Positions 29,379 to 43,200 of a stretch of 64,000 nucleotides of DNA are shown here, piece by piece. The DNA lies in assembly GCA_038496445.1 (NCBI GenBank), contig JALMLS010000062.1:674870-738869 (forward strand), in the 5' to 3' direction. Origin of the DNA: Trichosphaerium sp. ATCC 40318. Its lineage: Eukaryota > Protista > Tubulinea. The stretch's first letter is position 1, and each line of letters begins with the position of its first letter. A program made the translations under genes and the position numbers. The notes beneath the pieces were generated by a model that made no database searches, was not told where the DNA came from, and saw only the letters and a program-made list of their open reading frames with translations.

Positions 29379-32300
29379 ATGGCGGTACGCAACAGTCACT
29401 GCTAAACGCAAACGAATTAACATCATGGTAGTTAAAATACCGTTTATCGGGTTCCCTGGCAGGGATAAGGTAATTCTAGGGTTATACTGTTCCATCTAAC
29501 TTTCGTTAAATTAGTATGCTTGGTTCTAGTGTCATAATACTCAGTTACCTCCTTATACGCGATTTGAGGTGCCGTTGAGGATTTATGTAGTGGCAGTTAT
29601 TCACATTAATACAGGAGACACCCAACCACTCTAGTATTCATACTGGCGATATGTGACTTTATTTTCAGCGCCAAATACCTAGTGCGCACATTTTCACTTT
29701 CGAGGTTGTTGCTAATTTCAACTTGGTCGTTTCCATTATACCTGGCTCAGAAGCGTTACAAAATAACGAGATTTGGTGTCTTTGTCAAGCCATCTTTGTA
29801 CGCAAACCATTCCACCTTCCAAAAACAATTTGCATTCTTACACTTATTGCAGTCACAACTTTTTGGTATGGCGTCTATCAGTTGGACAGCGGTTATAACA
29901 ACCAATCTCTTTTTCGAGACGAGGAAACCGTTCAGCTCTACACGTGGATTGCGGCCTTTCTATCACATGTGCGTATTCGGCTTTGAAATTACATGGTGCT
30001 GACTCTACAAAAAAAGTTATGTGTGGGTGGTCGCTATAGGCACCACGTTGGCTCTTATTATACCTCCGTTTTGTGCTTCTGATATTGATTGCACCAACAG
30101 AAAGTAAGTCTGAAACTCTTACAACCTCACGCCACACTGATAATGATAATAATAAACTATAAGGTTTGGTATAAGCGGAGACGGATCGTGCTGGACAAAA
30201 CCTGATAACAAATATGGGTATGTATTCCTTGTAATGCCAACCCCCTCCTTCTGCCTCTAACTCTTTTTTTGAAATCAAGGTGGCTATTTTATGGACCTTT
30301 GCTCATATATGTGTGCTGGTCTCTCTTTGTAGTTGTTTATTCCATCATTCGGGCTTCGCGCCTAGCGAAAGCGACATTATACAAGCGACGTGTCACTACA
30401 AGAATGATATTCTATGTTGTAGTGTTTATCCTTGTATGGTCAGGTACCAATATATTTTTTTTGTTTTTTGAATGCACGATATCCACGCATCCAACGCACT
30501 CAGTTCGCTTATTTTTGCGAAAGGACCAATGGCGTCGGCCGTTTATGCCCACGTTGTACAAGAATCAAAACAAAGTACTTCAGCGCCAACACAACAACCT
30601 GTGATAAAGACTGTGTTACAATATTGGGATGCAGTAGGTGTGGCCTTACAAGGCTTTGGAAATGCTTTAGTATGGGTCTCTACACCGGAGTTTTATGTAG
30701 TCTTGAAAAAGAAGGTCATAGCACCGTACTTGCCCTTCTTGCTCAATGCTCAAGGCAAGATTCCATTACTCCCAGGACAGGTACGTTTTACTTTGAGATG
30801 GCACCTTTTTTTTTGGACATTTTAAATCTAAGCCACATACAGGAATTCCTTGAGGACGAAAAGTCAGGTATGACTACCATGAACCAAGCCCTGCGCAGAA
30901 ACATGCTGACATGCATACTACTTGCAATGCGATCCTCAGTACGTTAACTGAAATGAGAGGTCTCAGTAGCTTAATATCCCCAGTTGAAAGATCTGGCTCC
31001 TGATGAAGCTGTTGGTGCCGATGATTTTACCATAACAAGCACACACCTAAAGCAAGAAAGGGTGCGTAATTTACCATTAAGGTATACAGCCTTATTGACT
31101 AAAACTGAATTTTAGGTTTTGCGTATCGTGCCTAGCCAAGGTGCTGGTGATCTGCAACAAGGACGGAAGACCATCCTACGGGACAATGGTGCTGACGAGA
31201 ATATGCACGTCCGGCCTTTGAGCCAACAATACGGTTCGGATTTGCTCGTGCGTTGATTAAGATTTTCTTCGAGCACCAAACCTCAGCGACTAATGAATAC
31301 CTCTAGACTGACCTGGCCAAAGACAACATGTACACTAGTGAATTTGTATTTTACGATTATGCGCCCGTTGTATATCAGCGATTGCGCTTACTCTCCGGCA
31401 TAACGCGAGAAGATTATTTCGTACGTTTCTATTTTCTAACAGCCTATTAACTTTCGGTTGATTATCAGGAATCCATGAATCCCTCTGTTTTCTTGGCAAA
31501 TGTTTTGAAAAATCAAAAATTTTCAGATGGGCGAAGCGGCTCATTCTTTTGTTTCTCACCTGACAACAAATTTATCATTAAAACAATACCACAAACTGAA
31601 AGCGCCATGCTTCAAGGAGCCTTACCGGCATACTACAACGTACGGATATTGCGATGTACAGCCCTAACTTACACATTTGTTCAAGCACCTAAAACGAAAC
31701 AGAAATTCGTTGATCACTAGGTTTTACGGCAACCACGCTATAAAGATGCCTCAAGGAGGCATATTACATATCATTGTAATGGCTAACGTGTTTAACTACC
31801 CATTTAAAATCCACAATACATTTGATCTCAAGGTTAGCAACACAAAACTCACATTTTTATTGACATAACAAAATCGTTTAGGGCTCTTGGATTGCACGTG
31901 GAGGACACTTGGATATAAAAAAGTTGGGCAAGGATAATGACTTGCGCAACAGCGGCGAAAATATTGATATTGGCGCCATTGAGAAAAAGCAAGTATTGGC
32001 TGTCATCACAAAGGACGTTGAGGTAAATCATGACACTTGCATAGCCATATAATTAACTACGTTTGTACAGCTTCTCAGGGACGCCGGCATTATGGATTAT
32101 AGTCTACTATTAGGCGTTCATCATAGAGGAGACCGTGCACAAAGTCGAAAGGGCAGCAATGCTTCAGTTACGTCAGATAAGATACCATTGATAGATGATG
32201 TCGTGCGACAGTATGCAAATACAAAACAAACAAAAAAAAGGATGTAACTTCAGTAGGGTTGACCCAGTTAGTTACGACCTAGATGACTGCGAAGACATGG

Positions 32301-32619
32301 AAAGCGGTAGTCCTGAATTTGGTATGATGTACTCTAGAGATAGATCAAAGATTTATGTGATGGGCATTATCGACATTCTACAAGGATGGGATAGGTACCT
32401 TATACAACTTTTTTTTTTCTTTTTGATAAGCTTACGTGATTTTTCAGACAAAAGAAGATGGAGAGGTGTTGTAAAGTGTGTTGTTTGTGCAAAGACAAGG
32501 TACCAACGTAATGATTGTTTCTATTCGACTGACGCATGCGGTAGCGTGGTGTGTCTTGTGTTGAGCCATACGAGTATTGTGATAGGTTTTTACGTGAGGT
32601 TGGAGGCTACTTTGCTTAA
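29379..32619 (+). CDS. GPCR - phosphatidylinositol phosphate kinase fusion (RpkA/GPCR-PIPK type)
   Basis: cAMP-receptor-like 7TM N-terminus (SMLGSSVIILSY..LRRHPTTLVFILAICD, CW, RMIFYVVVFILVWSG), followed by PIPK motifs FYDYAP, GRSGSFFCFSPDNKFIIKT, DLK|GS, MDYSLLLG and GIIDILQ. Confidence 0.9.
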
Positions 32620-32907
32620 TTTTTTTAAAACTCACTGTAATAAATGTGGATAGAAGTGATCCCTAGTATTGTTTACTCGTTTAAATGGTTAGTTGTCCAT
32701 AGGATATTATTGCAACACCAACAATGCATGCTACACGTGCTTTATTTTCAACAGGAAAAATACACAATTACTTCAACGCAGAATCTCTAGCCTTCAATGT
32801 GCTCTTATTTGCAATAATCAGCGTCATGAAACGTTTAAACAAGAATTGTAGAGACCAGCAAAATCAGTCGGGCCACAAACTTTTGCCATTTTTGTAAACT
32901 GTCACTT

Positions 32908-34037
32908 ATGGCGGAGTCAAACAAACCTGAAGAGCCAATAGACGGTGCTGAAGCCACCACCGGTGAGGAATCTAAAAATGCTTGGGAGAATGAGGTTTTA
33001 AATGTACAAGATAGCGGAAAATTAACACCCTATCTAGGTCGTTGTAACAAAAGAAAACTACGAGTCAATAGCCAAGCAATTGGCTGAAGCTTTCGTCAAA
33101 ACAGCTACAGCAGGCAGTGATGCCGGATGGGAGGTACGTTAACACCAGGTAACGCAAATTCGCCAATTAAATATCTGAATAGCCAGAACGTGTCAAATAC
33201 GGTTTGAAAATGACGAAAAAGAAAACTAGCCACTCAAGACTGCTACTACTGAGGTACGCCATGGATGACTGTATTGCCCTAGATTTTTAGGACTCTTGAG
33301 CCGAAATTTAACATGGTCATGTGCCGCTACATTCTCACAATCTACTCAAGGGCTACCGCAGTAATTGACAAACCAGCGTCAGAAGTGTTCGCTTTAGTGA
33401 GCACGCCAGACCATTTACAGTACGTAGACAGTCACTACATGGACTGTAAAGTACTTGAAAAGCTTGATGACACCCACAGTTTGACTTCATACAAATACAA
33501 GTACACTACAAATGCGTTCTACTTGCTTTTAATTGTTTTTCTTCAGATTTCCTTTCCCATGCAAGAACAGAGACTTTATTGTTATGGAAGTCAATTCAAA
33601 GGTAGCAGAAGGATCATATCTGTCATTTGTTCGGTACTTTTTTTTTTCACGTTGTCAAGTTGTTTTGATACCCACACACCCTGCTAAATAGATCCGTCAT
33701 CAATTCGGAGCTCATGCCAATCGACAAAAAGTTTGAAAGAGGCGATATTCAATGCTCAGGTTATAAAATAGATGCGTACGTTATATTTGGGTACCCGGCA
33801 ATCCATCGTTAATGACAGCTGTAGCGTTGAAGGAGATGACACCAAGTGTAATGTCACATTTCTGATCCAATGTGATCCAAGAGGTACATGGATCTAACCA
33901 ATACCACCAAATGTAACATAATTTGTTTAGGCTGGTTGCCAAAGGTTCTGGTAAATATAGACGCGCCAAAGGAGCTTCAGATACTGACACGCATCAAATT
34001 ATTGGTAGAAAAAGGAGAAAAGACCTTCAACAAATAA
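32908..34037 (+). CDS. Stand-alone START-domain lipid transfer protein
   Basis: RATAVIDKPASEVF, VLEKLDD..YKYK|ISFP..RDFIV, ERGDIQCSGYKI and IQCDP.|GWLPKVLVN. Confidence 0.8.
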
Positions 34038-34171
34038 GCGCTTAATGCCATTACCCACCACCCACTTCGATCTTTCCTAATATTGCAAATAAACCTATTT
34101 CGAATAATCAACCTAAAATTGAGTCGGTGAATCTACAAACACGTGTTTGACTTACCTTCTCCAATTAAGCC

Positions 34172-35995
34172 ATGAAACCAGAATTACACCGGCTGAGTCA
34201 GCATCACACAGCAACACCCGGCATGTTGCTAGTATGGGCCTTCGCATACTCAGGGCTCATACTGGTTCTCGGCAGCTTCTTTGTTGCCATGTACTGTAGA
34301 ATACGCAAGCAATTGTCTTCAAAGACCGTAATAGGCTTCTTTCATCCTTATTGGTGCGTAAAATGTAACTGACTTGTCAATTTACCATCAATCGCGTAGC
34401 AATGATGGTGGCGGTGGTGAACGCGTACTGTGGGAGATGATAGCAGCAATACAAGGTAACTACATTACTAACGTGACTGTAAAGCTCAGCTATAACTGTA
34501 GAATCGACGTACAACTCCAAGCTCGATATTTGCGTATACACTGGTGACGTTGGTGCATCAAAGGATGCGATCCTCGCTAAAGCACTTGTACGGCTCTCCA
34601 GCGCTTGTGCCACCTGTTAAATACATTTTAGTCTCGATTTTCGATACGTGTCGCTCCTGAAAATGTGACAATGGTGTACCTCAGAAGTCGTTGGCTAGTT
34701 CAAAAAGAAACGTACAGCCAGCGCATAAACTGGTTTTTCGACTGACACGTTTGTTTTTGACAGGTGGCCAGTCGCTACTATTATCGGACAGTCCATTGGC
34801 GGAGCACTGCTTGGATTGGAGGCTATTATACGTCGCCCTCCTCACATTTTCATTGACACGATGGGATATTCATTCACATTCCCCGTTGCGCGATTGTTCA
34901 GCCAGTCTGTCATACTCGCCTACGTCCACTACCCCACAATTAGCACAGACATGATTAAAAATGTTGACAGTGGAGCCAAGTCCATCAATAACACAGCGAG
35001 GCGCACGGGATTAGTCAAAAAGCTCAAGTTGTTGTATGTAAACTTTAGAAGCCGGATTTTATTGTGAACTAACCGTATTACACCAGGTACTACAGATTGT
35101 ATTGCGGCATATACAGCTTCATGGGACAGTTCCCTGTCGTAATTTGGGTAAACTCGTCGTGGACTTGCGAGCACATACGCCATCTCTGGGGTACAAATGG
35201 ACAAAAAGCAGTTATAGTGTTCCCTCCTGCCAACACTGGCGCCTTGTCTAGATTACCTCTCCAAAACAGGCAACGTTTAATCGTTTCTCTGGGTCAGTTC
35301 CGACCAGAAAAGAATCACTCACTACAAATCTCAATCATGGAGAAACTCTTGGCTACTCATGATAGATACAACAATGTCAAACTTGCAATGATAGGTGGCT
35401 TGCGCGTGAACAATAGTTCAGACGCTGTGTTGTTGGACAGCTTGCGGACAATGATCAAGGACAAAGGACTAGAAAACAACGTCGAGATTATGCTCAACGT
35501 CACAGACACACAAAAGATGGCGTGCATAGGCCAAGCCTCAGTGGCTATACACACTATGGTAGATGAACACTTTGGCATTAGTCCTGTCGAACTCATGGCA
35601 GGAGGTATGTGGTACCAGGTGTTGTTGTGGTTACAAATTTTTGTGCTTGCTCCATTGCCAACTGCATTACTAACGACTTGTATTTGTCAGGTGCTGTAGT
35701 CGTTGCACACAATTCAGGAGGACCAAAGAAGGATATTGTGCTTGATGGCGTTACAGGTTCGTCTCGTTTGTGGTAATTTCTCGTCGATTGCAGTATAATG
35801 ATCAAATGATTAGGTTATTTGTGCAAGACGGCTGACGAATACTGTCAAAAAGTATGTACATTGCTAGACGACCCAGAGATGCAAGCAAAGATGGCGAACA
35901 AGGCCAGAAGTAGAGCACATGCCAAGTTCTCCGATGTTAGTTTTAAAGCGCGGATCATGCAGGATCTGGAACAGTTGTTCAAAGTGTACACTTGA
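34172..35995 (+). CDS. ALG11: GDP-Man:Man3GlcNAc2-PP-Dol alpha-1,2-mannosyltransferase
   Basis: IGFFHPY|CNDGGGGERVLW, FIDTMGYSFTFP, YVHYPTISTDM, GQFRPEKNH, EHFGISPVE and AHNSGGP. Confidence 0.95.
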
Positions 35996-36215
35996 TTGTC
36001 TGATAGATAAAATAAAAAAAACAAGAAAAGAAAAACAAACGTTGTAGCAAGGCCACTTGGTTTTATTATCATTTGTATTTTGAATCAAATCTAGTGAATA
36101 GCACAATGAGGTAGGGCTGACAAATATACAGGGCATTGTATAAAAATTAGTTGGAGTAGATAGAGGAGACCACAGGGGACGGACACTGGCGAGACCGAAG
36201 ATGAGCGCAGTTAAT

Positions 36216-36996
36216 TTACATATCTTCGTTTCTGTTCGAGCGAGGGTCTCGCTCTTCGTTTCCTAATTGTCGGTCGTTGAAGCGCGAATCCAATGCGGCA
36301 TTGTATCTAAACAATATTTAGCGCTGGAGTTCAAATGTGCGGTCGACGGCTGATCGAAAGATAATCATGAGGTGGTGCAGGGTAATCGTACGTCAAGCGA
36401 TCTTCTGGATGGTACTTCTCATTGAGCAAGTAGTAATGTGGGGCGTATGCCTCTCCACCACCTGTCTTGTTCTCTTGATGATCTTGCACAAATCTTGGCT
36501 TGACGTGTCGTTGAACTCTAAACGAGAACGGTGCGTGTCAGAAAATCTGTTTCACTCGTATTTAGCTGTAGTCGCTTGACTGTACCTGAATGATCCCGGT
36601 ATGTCATCAGTTACATGGTGGAGCCAAGAATGCCTTGAAGAAAAACGTTAATAGCGCGAATAGTGCCAACTCTACTTTACCACTCGGCTGGGACTGTACT
36701 TGCGTCCATTGTGAAATTAGCGGATGCGTATTGTACCCAGCGCTCCCTTCCTACGTTTTTGTTGAGCTACAGCACTATTCACTTATTTTCATCGCGTAAT
36801 TACCTGATACAGCGTCTTTATCTTCGTAGTACCTTTTTCAAATGAGAACTACAACCAAACAGCAATAGACGCACCTGTTGCCGAAATTATCAATGCCTAC
36901 TTGTTTACCGACAGGAATTTGCGATGCATTGCGAAGTAAACGAAATACGCCTTCCCTTACCCCAAGTTGTCTAAAAGCTTTTATAAAACTAGCCAT
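36216..36996 (-). CDS. NDUFA12: NADH:ubiquinone oxidoreductase subunit A12; 3' end approximate
   Basis: Spliced GKQVGIDNFGNRYYED....GRERWVQY......DASTVPAEWHSWLHH...ENKTG...AYAP. Confidence 0.88.
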
Positions 36997-37262
36997 GTTA
37001 CAACCAGTAATAGGTGTTTATGTTATTCGCTGTTGTAATCAAAAAAACAAAAAACAACAAAAGTCAAGCCATCAAAAAAAAAATTAAAAGCTGTCACTCG
37101 TTTAGCATCAACCAATCAGCTCAACCATACAAGTTTCATTGCGCGTGTAGTGGTTTGGCATATTTTACCACGTGCAGCTGTTTGTATTAACGTTTGCGCA
37201 TACCTGAGAGTGTTCAAGGACGTCAGCGCACTAAACTTACTTTCAAACACAAACAACAGAAA

Positions 37263-39024
37263 ATGCTTGGTTTTCGCGCTATACACCGGACACGAGTATG
37301 TACACGCAAGGAGTCGCGTCAGAACGCATTTATAGGGTATATAAACCCGAAACATTCCGTTCAACGCCAATTCTGCACCGAAACAGTCAAAGATGAGCTT
37401 TCTGAGTTAGCAGAGGAGCTAGATAGTGGTAAAACTACTGGAGGCGCAATAAGTAAAGAATACGGTCACGAGCCAACCAGCTACTACCACGGTACTATAA
37501 TGGAGATTAACAATCCGTATTTATGAACGACACATAGGACGTCGCGTCGATAAATGGCTGACAAGCGAGTTCAATGTACAAATTTCAGTCATAAAGAAAC
37601 TATTCAAAAAGCGAAAGGTACGCTTGCAGCTAGGCACAAAAACAAAATGTGGTGTACATTTTGACACGTGAAGGATTGTACTAACCAAGGGCTTTGTTCA
37701 GATCCGTGGTTCCACGTATGAAGACCCATCCAAATTCACCACAGTGACTGCATCATCAACCATTCGTGCAGGTCAAAGATTCTTCATCCCAACAGTATTG
37801 CTAGAGGCCTCCAAAAACAATGCCCCGAAATATGCGGACAAGGTCAAGGCACGATACACCTACCAAATGAAAACCTGTACCTAATCGTATACATGTGTAC
37901 AGCCACTATCGGGTGCTGAGAGACGTGCAGTGAAGAGCTGGATCATCTATGAGGACGACGATATAATCGTGTTGAACAAGCCGCCTGGTCTAGCCTCCAT
38001 GGTACGCTCTCACATGCGCAGTATATTACACAATCCTAACGTGGACTGTACAGCCAGGCAAGGGCCATCACGATAAAAACCTGCTGACGTACATGCCTGC
38101 ATTACAAGGGGACAATCCCACGCCGCCTGTGCCTGTACATCGACTAGACAAACAAACAAGTGGTACGTGAACTTACCAACCCCTCCTCATTTCTTACCAA
38201 AATACGCTCCAGGATGCATAGTGTTAGCAAGGCACATTGCCGCTGCCAGAAATATGACTGATGTAAGAAAAGCCAATGATATTTGAAAAATTGCTCACAT
38301 TGAAATCTGACTACTCGTTGCAGGCAATAAAAGAAGGCAAGATGAACAAGATGTACATGGCGATACTCGTAGGTACTCCAGTGCCAAGGCGAGGTATCAT
38401 TAAGGCGCCATTGCACATACTACCAATAGAGAATGGAGAGGAGCGCACGCAGATCTACTCGGTTCCCAGTATGTCACAATGTACACACTACTCTCACGTA
38501 GACTAATACCCAATCAACCAGAGGAAGACCCTGATGACTGGCGCAATACAAAACCAAAAAAAGCGATAACTTACTATGACTTGGTATCAACTGGTCACAA
38601 GCAGGTAGGCTACTTTACTGGGAGGCAGTATTTGCACATTTTGTTGACACTTTTGCAGTTTTCTTTGGCAATGTTGAGGCCAGAGACAGGAAGAAAGCAC
38701 CAGCTCCGCGTGCACTGTAGCGATTTTCTTGGATGCCCAATACTAGGCGACTACAAATATGGTATTGGTTTTCCGGAGGAGTTCAGTGACATTATGGAAA
38801 ATCCAGATAGGCTCTTCCTACACGCTCGCGAGCTCGAATTACCTCATCCTATCACAAACAAGCTGTTGACGGTCACTGCCAATCCACCAGCTCACTTTAC
38901 CTCGTTTGCGAAACACATGTCCATGACCGAAGACCTCAAGCAATTCACGCCCTTGGCACAGTTCATGGATAACACACGAGGCCTAGACATGCTCAAAACA
39001 TCGTCATACAGAGAGTTCAAGTAG
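37263..39024 (+). CDS. RluA/RluC/RluD-family pseudouridine synthase, probably organelle-targeted
   Basis: S4-like GRRVDKWL, IIYEDDDIIVLNKPPGL, catalytic VHRLDKQTSG, PETGRKHQLRVH, PILGDYKYG and LFLHA. The N-terminus is Arg-rich. Confidence 0.92.
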
Positions 39025-39129
39025 ATGACATACAGCAAACACATTTTTTTCCTTTTTTTTTTTGTGCAAGGACGAACTGCACACGCATGTAAAAACAGTA
39101 GTTGTGTATGTACATAATTAAACACAACT

Positions 39130-40033
39130 CGTCTCATACGCTAGCACGTTTGTCTTGTTTTCATTTTGACAGCCACGCGAATCCACAAGACAAACACCAA
39201 GGCATATATGCTGGTAAAAAAACCAGTAATGCACGTGCTCTTTGAATGACGCTGTCCCAAATATCCACAGCACTGTCGAGAATTGGGCGTTTTTTTGCAC
39301 AGTCTGTAAAGGAACGGTTGTGATTTATTGTTATTATGGTTGTGGTGTTAATACTCGTTGTCGCTGTTGCGTGTTGTATTCAAGTTTTTTTTTTGTTTTT
39401 TTTTTGTTTTTTTTGTCCGTTGCCTTTTGTTGTTGTATACATACATACCAAATATCCCTGAACTGATCCAAATTTTCGGTGTCGTGTCGGTTGCTCAGAG
39501 GCTACGTTGGGTTTTTTTTTGTTTTTGTGTGGTTTCAAAAGAAGGCGATAGTGAGACGTGAGCCTACCTGTCATCTAATGAAACTCAGTTTGTTATACAC
39601 CCTCGTCTATCGAACTGTAAATAGGAGCTTTTTTGATGTCCTGAAAGACGGTTCGACTGCCACACACCGAAAAAATTCAAAAAACTTTTGCTGAGCGTAC
39701 CTAGCATTGAAAACAACCACATACCCACCAAAAGGCTGAGAGACACGGTGGTGAATTGATGCAAGTTGAAAATAGCGCTATAGAAGGTCAGGTGTCGATG
39801 ACAACGCAATGAACGTACACAGATACTGGTTTGACGGCTTGTGTAAATCTATACCTACTGGAAGCGAAAAACGATGTACCAGGTGCGCTTTGTTGTTGGG
39901 CACCAAGTGGAGCAGCTTTCTTGAAGCTCTGTCGTTGTTGTGGCGCTGCTTTAGTGAGTAGCTGCCTCTTCTTGTTGGCAGAACGCGCTTTGTTATCGCG
40001 ACCGCCTCTACAAACCCGCCCAAAGCGATTCAT
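39130..40033 (-). CDS. Possible small spliced hypothetical gene
   Basis: Basic 81-aa ORF from ATG 40033 followed by a GTAC donor, plus GC-richer exon-like blocks between A-rich intron-like blocks. No family recognised and exon structure unresolved. Confidence 0.3.
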
Positions 40034-40244
40034 GTGCGTTGTGGATGTGTATAATGCAGTTGGTTTGAGGAAAGTGCAATTGAGTCAATGAGGGTAAAGT
40101 CAAAACAAGAAAAAAAGGGATTGGGTATTTGTTCTATCTTTATAAAATATTTTACAACCTAACAACAATTGTAGGCTTGGGGAACCAAGGTTCCACCCTG
40201 AGTCGCCCACTAGCTCAGGATTTGTTTTTTTTTAATCTATTGGA

Positions 40245-43200
40245 TCATTGCCCTCGTAGCTTGTCACGTTCTCTTTTCAGGGCGTCTATTTCATCTTGCA
40301 TATCCTTCAGTCGGATGGCAATGGCTGCTTTCTCGTTGTTAAGCTTGCTCTGTTCGCTCAATAAGCCATCTATCACAGTCGTTTGGCCGTTAATTTGTTC
40401 GTTGAGCACTTTGATTTGGTTCGTCTGACTGTCTGATCCCTTTTTCTGCTGTTTCGTAGTTTTGGCCTTTAGCAACTCGAACTTGCGTGTGATGAGTTTG
40501 TTCTCGCTTTCAAGTTTGTTGTTGCGCTCCTTTTCCGCTTTCAGTTCGGTGGTGAGTGCCTCAGTCTTTACATTGTCAGATGAGGCGGCTATTGGTTGAC
40601 GCTGAGGTCTGGTAGATAGTTCGTCCAACAGCTTTTGATTGTTGCTTTGTAGTTGCTCCGCTAATGTTTCAAGCTCAGATATGCGCTGCTCTGGTTCTAC
40701 AAAGGGTGTCATGTCAGTTTGGTGAGGGCCAACAAGAAAGGGATAGAGTAGCATCGTACCTGCAATAATGTGCACGAAATCCTCAAAGTCTGAGACGGAT
40801 GCAGCTGGGTTCGTCGTCTCTATGCTAGGTACAGGAGGCAACGAAGCTGGTAGTATTTGACTGACATTGATGTGTGGTACAGTTGATGGTTTCGTCGCCA
40901 AAAAATCAGCCAACCCAGCCATACGTTGCGAACCATAAACCTCGTGGAAACTACAACCAATAGTATCAGCGCACTGCAAAATTTTTACGAATTGAAAAAA
41001 ATGTACTCACGTTTGGCGCAGACCGAGCTCTGTTCGTTGCATATCATCAAAGAATTTTTTGAGCTTGAGTGTCACTGTCGACAGGTTCGTTTCATAAGCA
41101 CTGCGGCGTGTCGCTTCTTTGAGGCATGCGTCATACACGCTATCATAAGATAGTACTGGAAGCAGCTCATCCAAGCTCTTTTGTAGGCGCTGTAAGGAGG
41201 CGTTGTTTACTCCTAGCTTGGTGTCCACAGCACTGCACTTAGACAACAGCTGTCCGAATTCGAAAAGAGCCAAAAAGATGACACGTGATGCTGTCGTCTA
41301 CACGTAGGGAATGAGTTATAAATGACAATCAAAGTTATTGTAAAAATACGTCAAAGAATAAATACAAAATCATGTTTACTCCGAATTAGGAATTTACCTT
41401 GGCAACAGCGCACTCATCTACAGCAACTGCAATGTCATCACTTGCTTGACTGAAGTCTCCGTATAGGGTATCTAGCTCCTTCAAGGTGGTTTGTGAGACG
41501 CTGGAGTGATTTGTGATTGCTTCTCGTTCAAGCTGCCATTCTACAAACAACCTTGTTAGTATGATACACAGCGCGATCATATGTTTCAATTTGAAATGAC
41601 GTACTTCTTGTCCAAGTTTGTAGGTCATCCTTGAGCTTATTGCACAGTTTGTGTACGCGTGCTAGAACCTTATCCACCATTGAGGCACTAACAGACAAAG
41701 ACATATCAGCACGTGATACAATCGCAAAGAAGTTGGTAGGTCAACTTGCTTAGAACAAAAAGTGCCGTACGGTTTGTTATCGAACAGTTGACCAACCACC
41801 TCATCTCTTTTTGTCATTAGAGCTTTAACATCATTGCGCAAGAAAGTGAGGTCGGCCGCCGTCATGGTTAAAGTATTCTTGTATTGTTCATAGCTGTTGA
41901 CCAGGCTGTTTTGTGACAACAACGCTAGTAGTGTCTTTCCTTCCTTAACCATCGCAGGGTGAACTTGTATAGTGGACAACTACGAGACATTAGGTTAGTT
42001 TATTCTGAGATACCGATATCATGAAAAGACTACGATAAAAACACTTTCTTCCTTGCGCTTTTTTTTTGGTGAACAAGTCGAAGTTACAAAAAAAAAGAAA
42101 TAGGAGCTGCTCACCTTCTCCAATGCTGGCATAAAGCTCTTGTTCAATTTGGCGATGTTGTCTTGCATGCCTGCATAAAGCTCCTCAACTGGTTGAAGCT
42201 TTTCCCACGATTGAGCTGACGTTGTAATGACATGTGTCTTGACAACCATCCATACTTTCAGCTGACATTCGAGCTGTTTAGCACAAGAATAAATGCTTCT
42301 GTATCGCTCTTTTGCGGCGGTGTAGATAGCGTTCATGTGTTCATCGATGGCATTGTACCGATCCAAGTAGTCGCGTACAGTTTTGGGGTTCTTGACGTAT
42401 CTGTCGGATATGGTAGGCGTCAACACCTTCTTGCCACTATACTTTGCCACCTTTGAGCCACGGTCCTTGTTGAAGCACTCCTTTGTTACCAAGTACATCT
42501 TTTTAGAAGCCTATTTCTGTCTTAGTTTGTGAAGTTATCGGGGGGTCGGCAATATCTATTTACCTCGTGGAAGCCGTAGTCACGCAATTGCTTTTCGTCC
42601 TCTAACTTGATGCCGTCGTCGCCCAGCAATGTTTGATCGCATAGCGGCACTCCAGATATGCGATGTATGAGCGTTTTGATTTGTCGGATCCTTCGTGAAC
42701 AACGTTAGAACAAGGAACACACAACATAGAGATCGATAGTCAAAAATCAAATTGGTTGTGAAATATTTGTTGAATTTAATCGTACGTGTGGTGTCCCAAC
42801 ACGTTAATCGTGAGCATGCCTCCGTGTTCACGAGAAAACAATATTGGTTGCGTCCAAGACTCGGATTCACCATTCTCACCGAATAACTTACTTCCAGAGA
42901 GGTTTTCCTTGGTACTGTGATGAGGTCGGAGGTATGGATGTTCGAAAAATTCATCCCAACCTATGCGTGCTTTTCTTTGTACGGTTAATAACGCCTTGAG
43001 AAGGGTTTTGGCATGCTAGGTAAAAATGTAAGTGGTCGCTAGATCGCAATTTCACGTGTAGAGTGTGTGGTTTACATACCTCGCTAATGTAGTCCGGGTA
43101 TGGAATCTTATCCTCGATCACCATTTTCAACAACTCTACTTGCGTTCTAGCCTTTATAAATGGTGATACGCCAACCAACATTTCGTAAAATATGAGCCCA

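Noticed and set aside
42800-42860. YCFLVNTE in ORF 42580-42954, resembling the FIP200 N-terminus (YVFLVNTG)
   Set aside because: It is out of frame with the kinase and no plausible intron reaches it. The real ubiquitin-like domain is in the frame [16 protein letters not shown], so the match is coincidence.
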